Assembly (NCBI GenBank): GCA_964019335.1
Contig: OZ025725.1
Span: forward strand, 62,001-126,000
Direction: 5' to 3'
DNA: 64,000 nt
DNA from: Diplonema japonicum
Lineage: Eukaryota; Protista; Euglenozoa: Diplonemea
Program-made: the position numbers and the translations under genes
Shown here: one piece after another, positions 1 through 11,259 of the stretch
Numbering within the stretch: the stretch's first letter is position 1
Layout of the letters: each line of letters begins with the position of its first letter
Notes under the pieces: model-generated
Seen by the model: the letters and a program-made list of their open reading frames with translations, nothing else
What the model was told of the DNA's origin: nothing
Database searches by the model: none

Positions 1-1223
1 GATGGAAAACGCAGGCGACGAGCTGGGCAAGGACTACGAAGAGATGTTAGCGTACCGAAAATCGCAGGCTGGGGGACAAGTAGGGGAAGAAGCAAGAAAC
101 TTGCTGGACGGCGAGGGCAGCGAAACAGTGACAATTGAAGAGCTAGAGGAAGAGTACAAACGCGTCATCGAGCAGGGCGACTACGACCTGGCGAAGAAGT
201 TCCAAAAAGCAATCAGAAAGCGACGAGAGGCACTCCTCGAGGCACTGGTGCAGCAGAAACGAGCGGCAGCGGAAGAGGAAGACTTCGACCAGGCCCTCCG
301 CCTGAAGGACGAGATCACCCTGCTGAACGCCACCATCCACGCTGCAGACCACAAGCCACAGCCTAAGAACTTCACCATCGGCGGCACCGTACGCCTCGCT
401 GTCCCCGTCTTGTTCAAGAACGGTACAAAGCTCCCCGCAGGCTCTATTGGGACCATCGAGATGGTGCCAGGTTCAAAGAAAGTTCTGAACAGCCCAGCCA
501 CGGTACGCATCAACGGCATTTTGTTCGACCTGCGTCCCAAGCAAGCCGTTGTGATCCACTCAACCCCTGCGGCAGAAGACGACGAGAAGGAGCATGATAG
601 TGAAAAGGGCAAAGAAGACGAGGCGAAGGACAAGAAAAAGAAGAAGAAACATAAAAAGAAGAAGAAGACACTCGAGACCCCCGAGCCGGATGTGCTGGGT
701 GCCGACGAAACACCGGTTCCCATAGCAGCGCCTCTGAACGCAAACACCACGAAAAACAGGAAGAAAGCGAAGGCGCCCGCGAAGACAAGCACACCGAAGG
801 ATGCTAACACAACAACAGCAACAACAACCGAGTGCCCGACGGGGACCTTGGAGGGATGCATCGATCAGTGCCCAACTGCGACATTAAAAATGTGTGTCCG
901 CGGGTGTGTCAACACCTGCAAGGACGACCATCACGCACCACAAGATGCGAACGCCACGAACCGTACGGCACTCAACGCCACGTGCAGTGAGAACCCCAAC
1001 CTCGTGGCCAGAAAGATCACCGTGGCCAACATCACGTTGGATGTCTTCCTCCCGAACGAGACAACTGTTGACAACACAACCCTGCGCCACGCGGTTATGG
1101 GCGCAATGCTCATGAAGCGCAGCTTCAAAAGAGTCGCAAAGCTCCGCGTGGTCGACGTGGGTGCTGGCGTCGGCATCTTCACCAAAGTCATGGCCAAGAA
1201 AGGTGGACGAGTAATGGTATGGG

Positions 1224-1261
<38 letters not shown>

Positions 1262-1642
1262 CATACGAACCAAGAAAAGCGTACCACCAAGCGTTGATAT
1301 GCGGGGGTGTCCGAGACGCCAAGAAAATGGTCTTAGCGAATAAAAAGGGTAAGTGTCTAGTCAAGATGGACAAGACCGGGGGGCAAACTGACCTTGCGGG
1401 ATACACGCTTGGATGTACTCACGGGAACAGAACAGTGTCCGCCGTGAGGGGCGACACGGAGGTGACGAAGAGAATCCATGTGTTGCGGGTTGCGACGATC
1501 GGGACCGAGGATCAGGTTCTGGAGGGGTTCAGGGGGGTCTTTGAAGGACCCGGGGTGGACTACGTGATCAGCACCGTTTCGCCCCAGTCTCTAAAAGGCA
1601 TTCAGGCATTTTTCGCCGACCTACCTGGGAAGGTATCGTGGG

Positions 1643-1680
<38 letters not shown>

Positions 1681-1789
1681 GACTGCGCTTTCGTGGACCT
1701 CTCGCTCTCTCGCTTCCCTAACTTCTCTCCCTTCTGCTCCCATCGCAACCCTTATCTACCAACGTATCACCTCCAAACCTGCATCATGA
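1..1789 (+). CDS. 5'-partial protein with two UVR-type motifs, a Cys-rich segment and a C-terminal FkbM-like SAM methyltransferase; introns 1217-1260 and 1633-1681
   Basis: UVR-like motifs EQGDYDLAKKFQKAI and EEEDFDQALRLKDEI. SAM motif I VVDVGAGVGIF. Removing GTATGGG(A)nG at 1217-1260 joins GGRVM to TYEP, as in FkbM family V.AFEP. A second GT..CAG intron leads to stop TGA 1787-1789. Confidence 0.7.
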
Positions 1790-2647
1790 GTTTACCCCCC
1801 ATGCCCCCTTTTTTTATTTCCTTGATTTATTTCGTCTTTTGCCGTGTCACATTACGTTGTATGGCCTTTGGAAGAGCGTGAAGTTTCTTTTTTTTTTTTG
1901 TTTATACTGTTGTTTTTTTTTTTCTCTCTGTTCTTGTTATCTCCGCACACTGTGCTCAAACCTGGGCTTTAGTACTGCAACCGCAGTATTTTTCTTTTCT
2001 CTTTTTTAAATTTTATTTTCCTTGCTTTTTTTTTTTTTTTTTTTTTCTCCCGCGTGATTGAGTGTGGTGTTTGATGTAAAGTGATTTTTTTCTTTGCCCC
2101 CCCACCCCCCATCCCCTTTTTTTATTTCCTACGTGCTGTCTGGGGGAAAAAAAAAATTCAGAAGAATTTGTTTTTTTTTTTATCCATCGCTCGGCTAACA
2201 GAGAAAGAGAAGAGATTTGTGAAAACTCGGTGTGTGAGTACCTCCCTCACAAATAATTATCGTTTACCTTTTGCTCCGAAAACAAAAAAAAAAGAAGAAG
2301 AAAAAAAAAAGAAAAAAACCCCTCCAACCCTACGTATCCGCAACCCACGAGAAAAAGAGAGAGCGAGAAAAAAAAAACAAACCCGTGCGTTACTTTTTTT
2401 ACTTTGCCCCCCCCCCCCCCCACTTTCCCGCACACTCTTCATTGTGATGGTTTTTTTTTTGACGCCCTCCAAAAGAAAAAAAAAAAAAAAAAAGGGGGAG
2501 GCAAATCAGTTTCTTTCATTCTCGGCTTTCGTTTGCTGGAGAACAAACAAATCAAGAATTACATAAAAGGAGGGCGGGTGGGTGGGGGGGAACGGGGACG
2601 ACAAAAAAAGAAGAAAAAAAAAAAAGAAGAAAACAAAAGAAGGAAAA

Positions 2648-5600
2648 ATGGAGCAAAACGAACTAGAACATGCTGTGAGGATGCTGTGGGAAAAAACGGT
2701 GTCCGCCAGAAAAGCCACGGACAAGGGGCTGCTGGGCAACGGCGACGACGAGATGCCCAGTATGAACAAGGAAAGCCTGGTGAAACTGGCCGAGATTTTG
2801 GAAATGCACCCGGAACTTTTTGAAGACGGGCAGCTGCCTGACACCCCCGGCGGGAACATGTACAACAGAAGCGTGCAATGGCAAAACATCAAAGCGAAAA
2901 AGGTGCAACAAATGCGTAACGACCTAAAAGTAGAAGAACTTGTACCATGTAAATCGACGCCCACTATCAACAACACCTCGCAATCAAAAGTTGAGAAACT
3001 CCTCGAAGCAGGATCCTGGCCAGAAGTTGTCACACGAATGACCATCCACCACCAGGCTCAAATGGAACGAAAGATGAAAACAGAAGCGTGGAAAGCCATG
3101 CATTCTGTCCTTTCAGACACCCACAGCCACGTCCCTACCATTTCTTCAAAAGCTTCGCTTCTGACAAGAGGGCAACCTGTTCAAGACCGGCTCTATGCTC
3201 TGAAGGACAAGCCGACTAAGGCTTCTCTCCTGACCTACCCTTACGGCGACCCTGACTCTAGTTGGACTCAAGCCGAGCTTGATGCTTTCGCCAAGGACAA
3301 CCCGCACAAGGCAGACCTTGTTAAAAAAGTGTCGCCAGGTGGCTTTCTCTCCCCCAACAGCAGGCATCTCTCTGACACGTACGCTGCAAAATCCGGTGTT
3401 TCGCACAAAGCCCGGCTCACCACCATCAAGAAGCAGTCAACTCCCCAAGATGTTCATACCGACGTCAAGCTTGGGAAGAAGACGCAAAAACTCGCAGAAG
3501 AGTGGCGGAAAACCCACACCGATCCTGCAGAGGCAGCGCAATGGAAACGTCTCTCGACCCCCGTGCCACCGCCAATTCAGCCCCCTCCCATGAAAGGCAT
3601 ACCGGGCATCAATAAAACCACCTCTGTAGAGACAGGTGCGCTCTCAGCACGGATCACTCGTCCCGTGCACGAAAGGTTGTTCAAGGACCACGATGTCCAC
3701 TCGAAACACAAGGAAGAGCTGCGGCATAAGAACACGGAGAAGATCGACACCCCGAGGAAGAAGGCGTACCAGCAGCTGAAGGAGCACGTGCAAGGCTACG
3801 AAGCCTTTTCCGATGTCTTCAACAGAAACAAGCAATGGGCCAGCACCGTGATGGTGAAGAGGGAACGTGCGCGTTCGGAGCAGCGGGAGAAAGAGGTCGC
3901 CTACCCCTTCAAGCCCACGCTGACACCCTACAAATCCTTCACGCCTGGGAAACAAATGAAAACCCCTGTCGACACACAGCAGTCCATCAGAACACCACCA
4001 ACAGTCCCCACAGAAGTGGACATGGAGGAGCACACCGAAGACAACGATGCCACAGAGGGCGAGCTGTTCTCGTCGGAGAAGCCCAACAGGGTATTGCGGT
4101 CCGTCAGCCCACAACCGCAGAGACTGTTCGAAGAAGAAGTATACATAGAGCATCTTCCGCAAGGCGAGGCTGCAGAGGCAAACCATAGCAAGACCGCCGA
4201 AGACGAGTCAAAACGAGATCCCAGCACCCTCCCCAACGTCACTCGGGAGGACCAGTCTGACCTCTCCAATCTGCACGACATGCTGACGAAGTACATTGAG
4301 GAACGTGCTGCGTCACTCGCTTCCGTCTCATCAACTTCAACCCAAACAGAAGAAGCACGTGCAGCCAGTGCCGCAAGCCCACCTCGCGAATCGCCCGATT
4401 TTCAGGACAACTTCCGGAGCCCCTCGCCGGACATTGTGATAGAGATGTCCAGCCCACTACGCAGGGCACTTGACACCGAGGGGCTGGACATGACCGCAGT
4501 CAACATCATCCATGCGAAAGAGGTCGTTGCGGCGGTGGTGGGGTCGGAGGACCAGCAGCAAGGGGAAAAAGAGGAACATGTTACAAACATGCCTGTCGCG
4601 CCGAAGGAACAGTCGATATTAACGCCACCCCCCGCACCACGGGAGAGGTACAACGCTGACTACTACGACGGACCGCCAGGGCAACACAGGGCAAGAAGCG
4701 CGGAAAAAAAACACACCCCTTCCCACGTGGACACTCATGTGAGACAAGCTGCCGACTATTCGAACAAATCTGTGGACAAACCTGTGAAGCAAAACCCCCC
4801 TGTACCTGTACCCGAGCTGATCTCCATCGTAACAAGAGAAGGGTTGCCGACAACGCCGATGCGATCTGTGGGTGGGGATGGGCCGCTGCTCAACAGCGTG
4901 ACGGCGTCGCCACTTGTCAAGATCGAGTCTGTACGGAAAGAAACGAGCATTGTGAAGCAATCTCGAAACCCGGTCAAGTACGAACCACCACCGCTACAAC
5001 AACAACAACAACAACAACAACAACAGTACAGGGCAACCTCCCTCTCAACATCCCCGGTGAGGAGGTCAACCCCAAGCACAGTTCCCAAGCCTGCTGTGCC
5101 GAAACAAGTACGGCGTTCAGCGTCGCCTGCTGGACGCAAGATGGCCACCTACGCGGAGATCGGTGCTGTTCAACACAAGGTTGCCCTACATGCGAATAAA
5201 ATCTCGCCGATGACCCTTCGGCCATGGAGGGAACCTGTACGGCCCACCAAGAAGGCGGTGAAGAGAAGAGTCTTGCCGTCTGACACAATGACGCAGCCTG
5301 ATGAATTCGTTCCTACCGACGATCTGCTGTTCAAAGAGAAACAAGAGGCGGCGAAGAAAATCGCAAGAAAAACAAAGAAAGACGACACACCTGTGAACGA
5401 GTGCTACGTGGGTAAGGACGGCATGGTCAGACTGCTCAAAATGGGGATGCGGAAAAACCTACCAAAAGCCCCGAAAAACGCGGACGAAAAATACAAAGCT
5501 TTGCAAGAACATAAGAAAACAGAAGAAATATATAACCTAACAAGGGTGGACCCGGAAGCGGCGGCGGTAGTCACGACTTCCTTGGATCTAAAAGGGGACA

Positions 5601-6103
5601 GTGAGGGGTACTGCAGGCTTAAGGACGAGGAGATAGAAGCAGTGGGGAAGGCATTGCTGTCCTTGGGAGCAGAGAAGGAACAAATGAAGGCGAAAACCCC
5701 GGCGAAAAGAGTCACGGTAACAATACCAATGGAGTTTGAAGGAGGCTTGTCAGATGAAACTGGCAGCGAAGGATATATTATCGATCCGGAGAAAGCAAAA
5801 GATTTGGACGAACTTACAAAAGGCCACTTACCTCCTGAGATTGAGTTGGGCATGCGGGAGGGTTCAGTGGCCAGGACAGAGTTAAACAGGTTCATTACTC
5901 TGACTCATATAAATACACCCCCAACTGACGAGACGAATCCTGTGTGGAATGCCAATACAGACCCTTCTTACGATAGTTTAGAAGGTGCTTCACATACTCC
6001 GCTTGCAACTCTCCTTGAAAATAATGAAGTTTCAGACCACGGGTGTAGAACTGGACTTCCTTTTGTTTTGAACATTGTCTCGCCGGTAAAGAAGTTGAAT
6101 TGA
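2648..6103 (+). CDS. large low-complexity hypothetical protein with PTI..S...V.(D/E)RL(Y/F)-like repeats, possibly cytoskeleton-associated
   Basis: Uninterrupted ORF; ATG 2648 follows an A-rich leader. Motifs VQDRLY, VHERLF, YPFKPTL and a polyQ tract. Confidence 0.75.
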   Translation: MEQNELEHAVRMLWEKTVSARKATDKGLLGNGDDEMPSMNKESLVKLAEILEMHPELFEDGQLPDTPGGNMYNRSVQWQNIKAKKVQQMRNDLKVEELVPCKSTPTINNTSQSKVEKLLEAGSWPEVVTRMTIHHQAQMERKMKTEAWKAMHSVLSDTHSHVPTISSKASLLTRGQPVQDRLYALKDKPTKASLLTYPYGDPDSSWTQAELDAFAKDNPHKADLVKKVSPGGFLSPNSRHLSDTYAAKSGVSHKARLTTIKKQSTPQDVHTDVKLGKKTQKLAEEWRKTHTDPAEAAQWKRLSTPVPPPIQPPPMKGIPGINKTTSVETGALSARITRPVHERLFKDHDVHSKHKEELRHKNTEKIDTPRKKAYQQLKEHVQGYEAFSDVFNRNKQWASTVMVKRERARSEQREKEVAYPFKPTLTPYKSFTPGKQMKTPVDTQQSIRTPPTVPTEVDMEEHTEDNDATEGELFSSEKPNRVLRSVSPQPQRLFEEEVYIEHLPQGEAAEANHSKTAEDESKRDPSTLPNVTREDQSDLSNLHDMLTKYIEERAASLASVSSTSTQTEEARAASAASPPRESPDFQDNFRSPSPDIVIEMSSPLRRALDTEGLDMTAVNIIHAKEVVAAVVGSEDQQQGEKEEHVTNMPVAPKEQSILTPPPAPRERYNADYYDGPPGQHRARSAEKKHTPSHVDTHVRQAADYSNKSVDKPVKQNPPVPVPELISIVTREGLPTTPMRSVGGDGPLLNSVTASPLVKIESVRKETSIVKQSRNPVKYEPPPLQQQQQQQQQQYRATSLSTSPVRRSTPSTVPKPAVPKQVRRSASPAGRKMATYAEIGAVQHKVALHANKISPMTLRPWREPVRPTKKAVKRRVLPSDTMTQPDEFVPTDDLLFKEKQEAAKKIARKTKKDDTPVNECYVGKDGMVRLLKMGMRKNLPKAPKNADEKYKALQEHKKTEEIYNLTRVDPEAAAVVTTSLDLKGDSEGYCRLKDEEIEAVGKALLSLGAEKEQMKAKTPAKRVTVTIPMEFEGGLSDETGSEGYIIDPEKAKDLDELTKGHLPPEIELGMREGSVARTELNRFITLTHINTPPTDETNPVWNANTDPSYDSLEGASHTPLATLLENNEVSDHGCRTGLPFVLNIVSPVKKLN

Positions 6104-6457
6104 ACTTTTTTTTTTTTCTCCCCCCTGTTATAGATAATTATTTTTTTTTTATCCCACCATTGCCATTTTTTTTTTTTGTGTCAACATTTTTTTTTTTTAT
6201 TTGCCTTCCCAAGAGAGAAAAAAAAAAAGAAAAAGAAAACATGTTTCATCCCCCCGCCCCCCCCTTTTTTTTTCCATCCGTTTGTATTATTTTTTTCTTT
6301 CTCTTCCCCCCTCCTTCCCTCCTCCCCCTCGGGTTTTTTTTTCTTCTCTCCCTTCCATGTACTGTTCTCTGTCTTGTTTTATTCTTAAATTTTTTTGTTT
6401 TTTTCGAAAAAAAAAAAAAAAAAAGAAGGCGGGAGGGAAGGAGAAAAAAAAAAATAC

Positions 6458-7000
6458 ATGAAGAAGCGTAACACGCTCGTTCCCCCCACAATTGTGGAGA
6501 CGGGAGAAGGGGCGATAGAGTATTCTGTCCATAAGGTATCGGCTTCTCTATGGCCAGAGATGAGGTCTTCGCTGCCAGATGTGGATGAAAATCAGTACAG
6601 GAAACTGTTGGTTGTCCCTACGTTTCAGGAGTGCAAATGTCCTGTTATCGAGTTCACGGAGGAGGCAGCTCAAGAGAAAGATGCTTTGCTGCTAGTGTTT
6701 CTCAGGTTTGCAGAGGCGCTGGTAGGGAGGGTCAGAGCCTTAGGGTATTGGGCAGACTTCATCGACCCCACTTCAGGTTATTCGACCGTTCGGGGCGCTT
6801 CGCCGTACTGTGAATCTGCGGCTGCTGAGTGCTTCCTCCCGTACAGCCTTCAGCATGTTGGGTTTGCTGCTGGAGGATGTAACATGATTAGCCATCCCAA
6901 GTGGGGGCTCTCGTGTTACCCCGCTTCGATCTTCTTTCTCTGTCCCTTGGAGGTGTTCCAGAAAACTGTCCGTGAAATGTATCCTGAACGGGAAATATGA
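6458..7000 (+). CDS. MMADHC: cobalamin-trafficking protein CblD/MMADHC-like
   Basis: EKDALL...GYWADFIDPTSGY and GCNMISHPKWG...PASIF match the MMADHC C-terminal domain signature. ATG at 6458. Confidence 0.85.
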   Translation: MKKRNTLVPPTIVETGEGAIEYSVHKVSASLWPEMRSSLPDVDENQYRKLLVVPTFQECKCPVIEFTEEAAQEKDALLLVFLRFAEALVGRVRALGYWADFIDPTSGYSTVRGASPYCESAAAECFLPYSLQHVGFAAGGCNMISHPKWGLSCYPASIFFLCPLEVFQKTVREMYPEREI

Positions 7001-8124
7001 TGAAGAGAGAAGAAAAGAAAAAAAATAAATAAAAATTAAATAAATCACCCACCCCACCCACCCTTTCCCCCCCCTTTTTTTTTTAGCAGTGGGTTCTCCT
7101 TTCTTCATTTCCTCCTCTTTATTTTTATTTTTTTTTTTTTTTTTGCGGAATTCTCTTGAGACAAATCATCGGTCCTTGAGTTGCAGCTTTGAAAAAAAAA
7201 AATGAAAAAAAAAAAAAAAAACACAAAAAAAAAAATTCCCTCCCACCCTCTCTTATTTATTTCTCCTCTTTTATTCGTAAAAAAAAATTTTTTTTTTTCT
7301 TACTTGTATTTTTTTTTTTTTACCCCCTTGCTTCTTCACTTAAATCCCACTCTTTTGGAAAGGAAAAAAAAAATTTTTTTTTTCAGTGTTCTGCTCCTCC
7401 TTTTTCGTGCTATCCACTCGAAGCAGGGGTATGAGCAGAGCCTTTAAAGAAAAAAGGTTTTTTTTTTTATTTACAAGAGAAGGGGAAAGCATAATGAGTG
7501 GAAATGAGGAAAAAAAAAAAAGAAAAGAAGAAAAAAAAGAAAAAAAAGAAGAGAGAAAATTACAGATGGAAGGGCAGGGGGGAGTAAAAGAAAAAAAAAT
7601 ATAGAGTCTAGAGGGATTGAAGTTAGTACTATTTCTTTTTTTTATTTTTTTTTATTCCCTCCAGAGAATACGCTAAAAAAACTTTTTCCCTGTCCCAATT
7701 CTTTTTTTTTTTCATTAGTTCCATTTTTAAATAATTTCTTTCTTTTTTATATTATTTCCCCCCCCCCTTTTATTATCTCTAATACGCTAGTTTTACCCCC
7801 CCCTTTTTCCCCCCTTTTGTAAGAACAAAAAAAAAATAATAAAAGAGTAGTGATGACACAGTACCAGTCCTCGGATTTGCACTGTGTACACCAACCAAAT
7901 TTTAAATAAACCGAACTTTTCTTCTCCCCCCCTCCCCCCCCCCCTTTTTTTGGTGCCTCTTATTGCGGGCACAACAAAAACAAAAACAAAAAAAAGTGCT
8001 TCGTGAATATTTTTATTTTTATTTATATTTTATCTCTATTTGGCCGTTATTTTTTTTATCTCTCTCTATTTGAAACAAACAAAAAAAAATAAAACAAAAT
8101 AGGGGAAAAAAAAAAAAAAAAAAA

Positions 8125-8715
8125 ATGCCGCAGACAGGGCTTTTCTCCTCCCCACGTCATCTCGCCGAGCAAGAACTGGAAGAGAAAAAAGAGAACACAA
8201 AAAAATTGCAGCCGGAGGAGCTACAAAAATCGGTTGCAAGGTTGACGGTGATGAAGGAAAGGGTGCAGGAAACGGGCCCTTTGGGAAAAGCGATTGTTAT
8301 GGGGAAGGGCCAACTTGATTCAAGTGTTAATCGGCTGTATAAAGAAGCTGTAGATAGGAAGAAGAAGGTTATGCACGACCTTGAGCTCAAAACAAGCCCT
8401 ACAGGGGAGAGAAACGTTATGGATCGGGACGTTCTGGATGGTTCTGTGGAAAGAATTTACAACCAAGCCCTGCAGCATAAGAAAGAGCTGAGCGAGAAGC
8501 TTCGCGCCAAGCACGTAACAAACCCGGGGCCGCAGAAGAAGCTAACGAAGGAACACCAGCAAGCGTGCAATGAGCGAGCGTACACCGGACCCATGCAGAA
8601 GAAGAAGGAGAGCGAGGAGAAACTAGTCGATAAGTACATCACATCAACCACCACAAAATTCAGAAAAATGAACAAACAAGAGTGGCAGGACACGGTCTCG
8701 AGGCTGTGCAAGTGA
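8125..8715 (+). CDS. helical-repeat hypothetical protein (about 35-aa S-V-x-R-L-Y repeats)
   Basis: 196-aa ORF after poly(A) leader; repeats LQKSVARL, LDSSVNRLY, LDGSVERIY, WQDTVSRL. Confidence 0.75.
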   Translation: MPQTGLFSSPRHLAEQELEEKKENTKKLQPEELQKSVARLTVMKERVQETGPLGKAIVMGKGQLDSSVNRLYKEAVDRKKKVMHDLELKTSPTGERNVMDRDVLDGSVERIYNQALQHKKELSEKLRAKHVTNPGPQKKLTKEHQQACNERAYTGPMQKKKESEEKLVDKYITSTTTKFRKMNKQEWQDTVSRLCK

Positions 8716-9215
8716 AACTTATTGTAATTTTTTTTTTTTTTTTTTTTTTATTCTCAAAAAAAAAAAACAAAAAAAAAAAAAGAGGGGAGGGAAGCTTTTC
8801 CAAGCTCTTCGAACGGGAGGGGTTTTTTTTTTTTTTTTTTTTGACAGTGATTTTTTTTCTCCCCCCCCCCCGAAAACGCAGTGGTAAAAATGGGGTTAGT
8901 TGCCCCACGGAGACGGGGGCCATCTGGGTGGGCTGGTGCATTATTCGGTTCATTATTTCTACGTGGCCTTAGATTGTGCTAAGAGGGAATAGAATCATGC
9001 TCAAGCAGAAGAAACTGCTTGTTGGTACTCAGCATATTACACCGCAATCTGCGATAAACAGCAATAGCACCAGAGCTAGCATCTTCAAACCTTAATATTC
9101 TAATGTCCAGCTTGTTCGCTTCCTTATTCTCACATCACCGTCGTCTGCATAAACCTTTCGTTCTTTCCTTCGCGCTTCTAGAAACGAATTGGGGAAAGGA
9201 CTTAATTTACACGTA

Positions 9216-9255
<40 letters not shown>

Positions 9256-9259
<4 letters not shown>

Positions 9260-9486
9260 GTCGTAGCACAGCAAGTTTCTGCTCGCAGGGGTACAAGGGG
9301 TGCGTGTCGATGCCTGCCGCCATGGCCGGCATGGCGCAGGGCCTCCCCCAGCTTGGGATAACAGACGTAAAACCAAACACAACATGCCAACAACGGGACC
9401 CCGCTTACCAAGATATCACCGCACAGCTCCCGAAGGACTTCAAAATCGGCAGCGCGAAATTCTTCTGGAAAGGCGACAAATGCTAA
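9256..9486 (+). CDS. small hypothetical protein (76 aa)
   Basis: ATG directly after a poly(A) run, coding-like GC-balanced composition, flanked by homopolymer spacers like the other genes. Confidence 0.6.
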
Positions 9487-9631
9487 GGGAAAAAAAAAAA
9501 AAAAAAAAAAAAAGAATTTAATTTTTTTTTTACACCTAAGAAATTTCTACCCCTTCCCCCCCCCCCCATTCTTCCATAAACGACAATACAAAAAAAAAAA
9601 AAAAAAAAAAAAAAGCGGGGATAAAAAAAGA

Positions 9632-10819
9632 ATGCTGACAGAATGCTTGTCCCCTATAACACCGTTGAACCCAGAGGTGTATTATGATGATGCGAAAACA
9701 AAAAAGAGGCGTAGAACGTGCGGCAATGGACAAAGGGCGGTTCGTCCTCGTAAAGACCCAGGGGTTATAAGGCGGCAGGATGTTTTTTCAACGGTGGTAA
9801 TATGCGATTTCGTGATGAACCTGGTGGAGAAGGCGTTGCGGTGCCCGTACGACCCCGCGTCCAGAAAATCCACAATTGGGAGCTTGCCGGCATCCCTGTT
9901 GGCAGGGGTGGGTTTGGAGGTGAAGAACGGAGTGGCGGAGCTCCCATTCACAGCAACTCCGCGTGACATGCATAATATATATTATACAATGCAAAAGACG
10001 GCGTACCAGCACCTATCATCAGAGGACGCATTTCCAACAGGTTCCATATTAACCTTGGAGTGGGTCGATCTGTTACGAAGGTACTCAAGAAACGCGGTTT
10101 GCAAGAACAAAACGGAAATCCCGTTGACAAACCAACATGCAAGGACCTTATGGGGAACGAACACGCAGGTTCTAACCCAAACCGGTTTGATCCACGAACC
10201 GGCGCAAGGGGTTCTAAAATTCACGCGAAACTCAGCATCAACCCTCCTCTCGCTCAGCAACGTTATGATGAGGGTACGGAAGCGGCAATTCACCGTTACA
10301 ATTATCTCACCAGAACTGGCTAGTTCAAAGGAAACTGTGGAGCAGCTCAATGCACAGCACGCAGATGTAATAGTGGTTATGAAGGGCAGGCTGGATCGGT
10401 CGATGGAAATCGCTTGTGAGCTTCACAGGCGGTTCACCAGTTACTGCCTTCGAGATGATCAACACGGTTTTGTGGTGTTGGTGAATAAAGTAAGCTTTCC
10501 CGACCAGCAAGAATTTCTTAATGAAAGCTCGGATGGGTTGCTGGCCGTCAGGTTGTCGGCATGCCTTCCTGTATTCGCTGTGGCGTCTAGTGATACGGGG
10601 GCTGTGCCCCATCTTCTCCCCGCATACTCGTTTCTCTGCTCCCCCGTTCCTATTTGTGCTGCCGCGCTCACGGCGTCGATCCCTTCTGCGGGCATACACA
10701 CTCTTTACTATCCCGCCCCGCAGCCGGTGGTATCTTACTTCTCTCTCCCGTCAGAGGGTTTTGCCCCACTTCCTATCCCATGCCTCACAGCTGTTTATCA
10801 CATTGGGGGACTGTTTTAA
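9632..10819 (+). CDS. hypothetical protein (395 aa)
   Basis: Long ORF with A-rich leader; no recognised motif. Confidence 0.7.
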   Translation: MLTECLSPITPLNPEVYYDDAKTKKRRRTCGNGQRAVRPRKDPGVIRRQDVFSTVVICDFVMNLVEKALRCPYDPASRKSTIGSLPASLLAGVGLEVKNGVAELPFTATPRDMHNIYYTMQKTAYQHLSSEDAFPTGSILTLEWVDLLRRYSRNAVCKNKTEIPLTNQHARTLWGTNTQVLTQTGLIHEPAQGVLKFTRNSASTLLSLSNVMMRVRKRQFTVTIISPELASSKETVEQLNAQHADVIVVMKGRLDRSMEIACELHRRFTSYCLRDDQHGFVVLVNKVSFPDQQEFLNESSDGLLAVRLSACLPVFAVASSDTGAVPHLLPAYSFLCSPVPICAAALTASIPSAGIHTLYYPAPQPVVSYFSLPSEGFAPLPIPCLTAVYHIGGLF

Positions 10820-11259
10820 TGTATTGGAAAAGGAGGAAGATCGCTTGATGTTAAAAGATCGATTTTTTTTCCCCCCCCACCCCTTTTCTTCTTTTTTTGT
10901 TTTCTCTTATGCCCTAAGAAGAAGGGGGGGGAACAAAAATAATGATCTGGAAAAAAAAAATATTGAAGAAGGTGGGAGAAAAAAAAAAAAAGAGGGGGGG
11001 AAAAAAACGACATTGTTGACGTCGTTGTTAAATATACTTTTTTTTTTTTTGAAAACAAAAATGGTGAGAGGAACAGAGGGGGGGGAAAAACTAACAGAAG
11101 AGGGTACTTTAATATTAAAAAAAAATCCCGTGGGGGGTTTTTTCTTGTTTTTTTTTTTCTTTCTTTTTTTATTTTTTCGAAAACGCTAAGTTATCTCAAA
11201 AAAAAAAAAAAAAAAAGAGAGGAACAAAAAAAAAAAAAAAAAGAAACCTAAATGAACCA

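Noticed and set aside
1217-1260. Programmed frameshifting or polymerase slippage on A-tracts inside genes
   Set aside because: Each break is bounded by GT and AG, and exact removal restores the frame and, where recognisable, the protein motifs; several tracts contain in-frame stops.
2081-2647. ORFs and N-terminal extensions rich in poly-Lys/Phe/Pro/Gly (also at 7189, 23844, 43338, 51839, 54289)
   Set aside because: Translations of intergenic homopolymer tracts; the real starts are downstream ATGs.
7850-7900. GTGATGA box C-like motif
   Set aside because: No box D at a suitable distance and no recognisable guide.
9120-9160. Minus-strand VYADD as a reverse transcriptase motif
   Set aside because: No other RT motifs nearby and the frame closes within a few codons.
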